This document shows positions 60,681 through 64,000 of a DNA stretch of 64,000 nucleotides, one piece after another. The stretch is taken from NCBI GenBank assembly GCA_976551045.1, contig CDPCPM010000418.1:1922001-1986000 (forward strand), read 5' to 3'. Made by a program: the position numbers and the translations under genes. The stretch's first letter is position 1. Every line of letters starts with the position of its first letter. The DNA is from Glaucostegus cemiculus (lineage: Eukaryota). The notes beneath the pieces are model-generated. The model was not told the DNA's origin and ran no database searches. It was given only the letters and a program-made list of their open reading frames with translations.

Positions 60681-63600
60681 AACCACCTAGATATCTCTCT
60701 CCAACATCCCCCACCCCAAGTTCTCTCTCTGATTGCCCCCCCCAAACTACCTTTTATATCCTCTCTCCAAATTTTATCTTACCCCTGCCCCCAACCCTCA
60801 CTCCCAAAAATACAGGTTCCCTGATGCTGGACATCTGCCATTACAGTTTAATCCCACATTAATCATAGAGATTCCATTCATCATCCCAAAAGCATGAATG
60901 CCACAGTTTGAGAACCTCTTATTCCATGTGCCTTTGTTCTCTACTCACAGCCTGAGCTGCAGGGGAAGTTAACCGTAACTGGATTTAATATAGCTAGGTA
61001 CTTACTCTCCAAAGCAAGTGTATGCCAAAATTTGTTAAAGCAAATATATTTGCTATTTGATTTTATATTTCCTTTCCATAGAAAAGTGCCAGGTCTCTGC
61101 TTCCAGTGACCAAATCCAAATTAGGACTACACCAGTACAAGACCACAACCTAAGTCACTCTATGGTAGAGCTTATTATGGCATTCTGCAGAAAACTGCTC
61201 AAATAAATGACAGGATGGAATAATGTGCTCCAAAGCAAAGAATTAGTGAATAACTTAGTTATAGGAAAAGAGTACGATAGTCTTATAAGTTAATAAGTAT
61301 ACCAGCACTCACCAATCGTGTGTTAATAGTAATAAACTGAGCCAATTATCATTAATAACCCATCATTTTTCTCAGGGACAAGCACTTAGGTCCTTATGAA
61401 TCTGTAACTAATGCAGTTCAATCCACTTGAATTCAATGGACACAGAATAAGCCAATGGAAAGTTCCTTACACAGAAGGGAATGATTTAACTAGGAATCGG
61501 GTGATTTAACCTCTAACGCTCATTTGCATTTACATTGCCTCATGTCTATCATATGTCATACTGAACGTAAGAAAGTATGAAGCCAATTACAGTGACGAGA
61601 TATCAGCAGTAGCCTTTTGCATTACCTTGCAAAATAAATTTAAACTTTATTTTTCCAAACCCGTAAAGAATTAACATTTTTTGTCATCAGTGCCGCTAAC
61701 TTTAGCCCTTGCTATTGGGAGCAACAATAAACCAATAGTGAAATGGGATTGTGGGCAATTAAACTAAATCAGAGCTAGTCCTCCCTAATAAGAAGAAATA
61801 AACAAAAATAGTTAGCAAGCATTATTGGCAACAAACTAGCTCTTTCAAGGGACTGTACATGGTATCCAATTCTAAAGCAGAGCAAGTTGTTTCAGTTACT
61901 GAACAGGAGAGAAAGAAAACATTATCTTAGACTCTTATAAATGAGTTGATAAAGATTGGAAAATTATTCCAGTACTCACAGAAGCTTTACTCCTTGTAAA
62001 GTAAATCGGAGTTTAATATTTCATCTCTCTTCTAGACTTTTTTCTGTGCCTCACTTTTTATACATCCTTTTTTCCTTCTCCACTCTCCTGTGCATTTATA
62101 TCTCAGTTGAAACTTTCTAATTCATGACTTCTTGTTGACAGTCTTTCTTGATCCTCTTCTCAGTGTCCCTTGTTCTCATCTTTCTTCTGCCTCAGTTTTC
62201 TCCTCTTAATTTTCATGCTTTTGATTCTGCTCTCTTTCAGTACTCCCTCTGCCTGCTCAACAGATACCTTCCATCAAGAAGCCTGGCCGTCTACTGAGAT
62301 TTTGTATGAATATACTGCCTCATCAGTGGTAGGACATTGTTCAGGTCCACTTTATCAAGTACAGTATCCCTGATTCACCCGAGCCAAGCTGCAGGAGACA
62401 TTAATCCTAAGGGATTAAAGGAATGTCGAACAGAAAATCAACCTAAGCCACACTTATAGATTGCTCGCAGATGATGGGGCAGCTCTGGCAAATAGCTGAA
62501 AGAAACCCGTCCTGACAGAAAGATGCTCAATAAAAGGGAGAAGCGCTGCTCTTAAGAATATATAAATTAATTCCACTACCCTGCTGTTTTCTTTCTAAAT
62601 CGGTGATATGTGGGTAAGATAAAGTAGTGCAACTGGAATAGTTCTTCCAGCTATTTCAAAGCACTGTGGGAAAGACATGTTAGTATCATGTTTGCAGGCT
62701 GGAAGACTGCATGAGTATTTATAACATGCTGTTCTTTAGCATGAACTCAACTTCAGGATCTAAGTCAGTAGTAACCACGAAGACGTCAGTGATCCTCTGC
62801 CTAAACCAGATGAATCCTATATAAAAAAGACTTGACTGACTCTGCAAAAAAAAATGCAATTTCAAAAAGCCCAATTATAGTCAAAAGAGGAATCATATGC
62901 ATTAACAGCACTGTCCTACAAATAATGAAACCCGATTTGAAAAATGATATTAATTTTCAGTACTCAAAGTAAACATCCTTACATTATATATAAGCTTTTG
63001 GGGTTTCAGTGTGTCTATTTCAACAAGACCTGAAAAGAAATCACCAATTCTCTAGTAATGAAAATATTACTGAAAAAGTTAAATGTGTTACTGAAAGTAA
63101 TAAAATCTGAGGTGATTTTTTTAAAAAAGAAATAGCACTCCCTGAGGTGAGCAAGGAGATCTGGAGTGCAGACTGAGAAATTACAGATTTGGTCGCCATG
63201 ATCTTCCATAATGGGGAGTTGGCTTCAATTGCTTCCTATACTTTACCAATAGGCAAGACTTGGTTCCTGGTTAAGTTGTAAAATTAACTCAAAAAAGGTA
63301 GCCAATAATGGATTACATTTCAAAAGTACCCACAAATGTCCGCACAGATAAAGGCACTACTACTTAGTACTGAACAAAGGCATAGAGGCCCAGAATGTGC
63401 TGTCAACTGCTCTCAGCCAGGGCAACAGTTGGGATGCTACAAATGGTCTCAGTATCCTGTCACAAACGTAAAAAGAAAATTATCAAGTAAAATGTCTGTA
63501 ATGCTCCATACAGTCAAGGAGTTTATGGCACTCACTGTCTGGATTCGCATACATTAAAATGCACATTTGGCAATGCACCAGGAAACTGCCAGCCTTAGTG

Positions 63601-64000
63601 GAACTGTACCTGCACAAAGTAGGAGGTGGGGAGGAAATAAGGGAATTCATTTTAAAACAAGGTAATCTCCCTTTCAAACTATAACGTTTCTACGTGAACC
63701 AAAATCAACAACACTACAAGTTTCCCCAACCGCATCAAATGATTCTCCACAGGTGGGAAAGACTAAGGAAGACATCAGGAAGAGACATGATGCTTTCCTT
63801 CAAGTGGCAAATGAAGTCCCAAGGAAAATCAACAACAGGCTTCTCTTGTACATCTAGGAAAATGCTGAAATCCAATAGTCCTCTTGAACTACATACTGCA
63901 CTTGTGTATGGCATGATGAAAAAGAAAATGGGTAGGGAAGAAATGACTACGAGGTAAGAGAAGCACAGCTATACAAGCTTTACAATTGGACACTCCTGAA

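Noticed and set aside
59675-64000. Search for exon 8 and upstream exons, including the purine-rich minus-strand tract at ~62030-62260
   Set aside because: No segment had convincing splice sites, the correct phase and KMT2A similarity; probably beyond the window, though a divergent exon could have been missed
1-64000. CRISPR arrays, prokaryotic operons, rRNA, intact autonomous transposons or endogenous virus
   Set aside because: No regularly spaced repeat-spacer array or such genes seen; all TE ORFs are truncated or frameshifted

Overview
Vertebrate genomic DNA, most likely from a cartilaginous fish; a ray or sawfish is suggested by the V-SINE, DeuSINE, CR1, Rex1 and Penelope-type repeats, which is inference. 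The whole window lies inside one minus-strand gene, KMT2A (MLL1, histone H3K4 methyltransferase). I placed 27 consecutive GT-AG coding exons, equivalent to human exons 9-35 (numbering and human exon sizes from recall). They join in frame to 7845 nt / 2615 aa and encode PHD1-3, the bromodomain, ePHD4, FYRN, both Taspase-1 sites, the KIX-binding TAD, FYRC, the Win motif and the first part of SET. The 5' exons and the last SET/post-SET exon lie outside the window. Introns are rich in decayed transposons. The most unusual observations are: (1) a 63-bp intron-11 duplex whose mismatches are nearly all G-U on the transcribed strand and which loops out a candidate in-frame 114-nt exon inside PHD2; (2) a CCHC zinc-finger-like insertion in the giant exon that I do not recall in human KMT2A; (3) a tandemly duplicated exon-17 donor that could add VRGKRTR in frame; (4) further intronic hairpins, and Penelope-derived elements with decayed hammerhead-like cores. 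None of these is validated.
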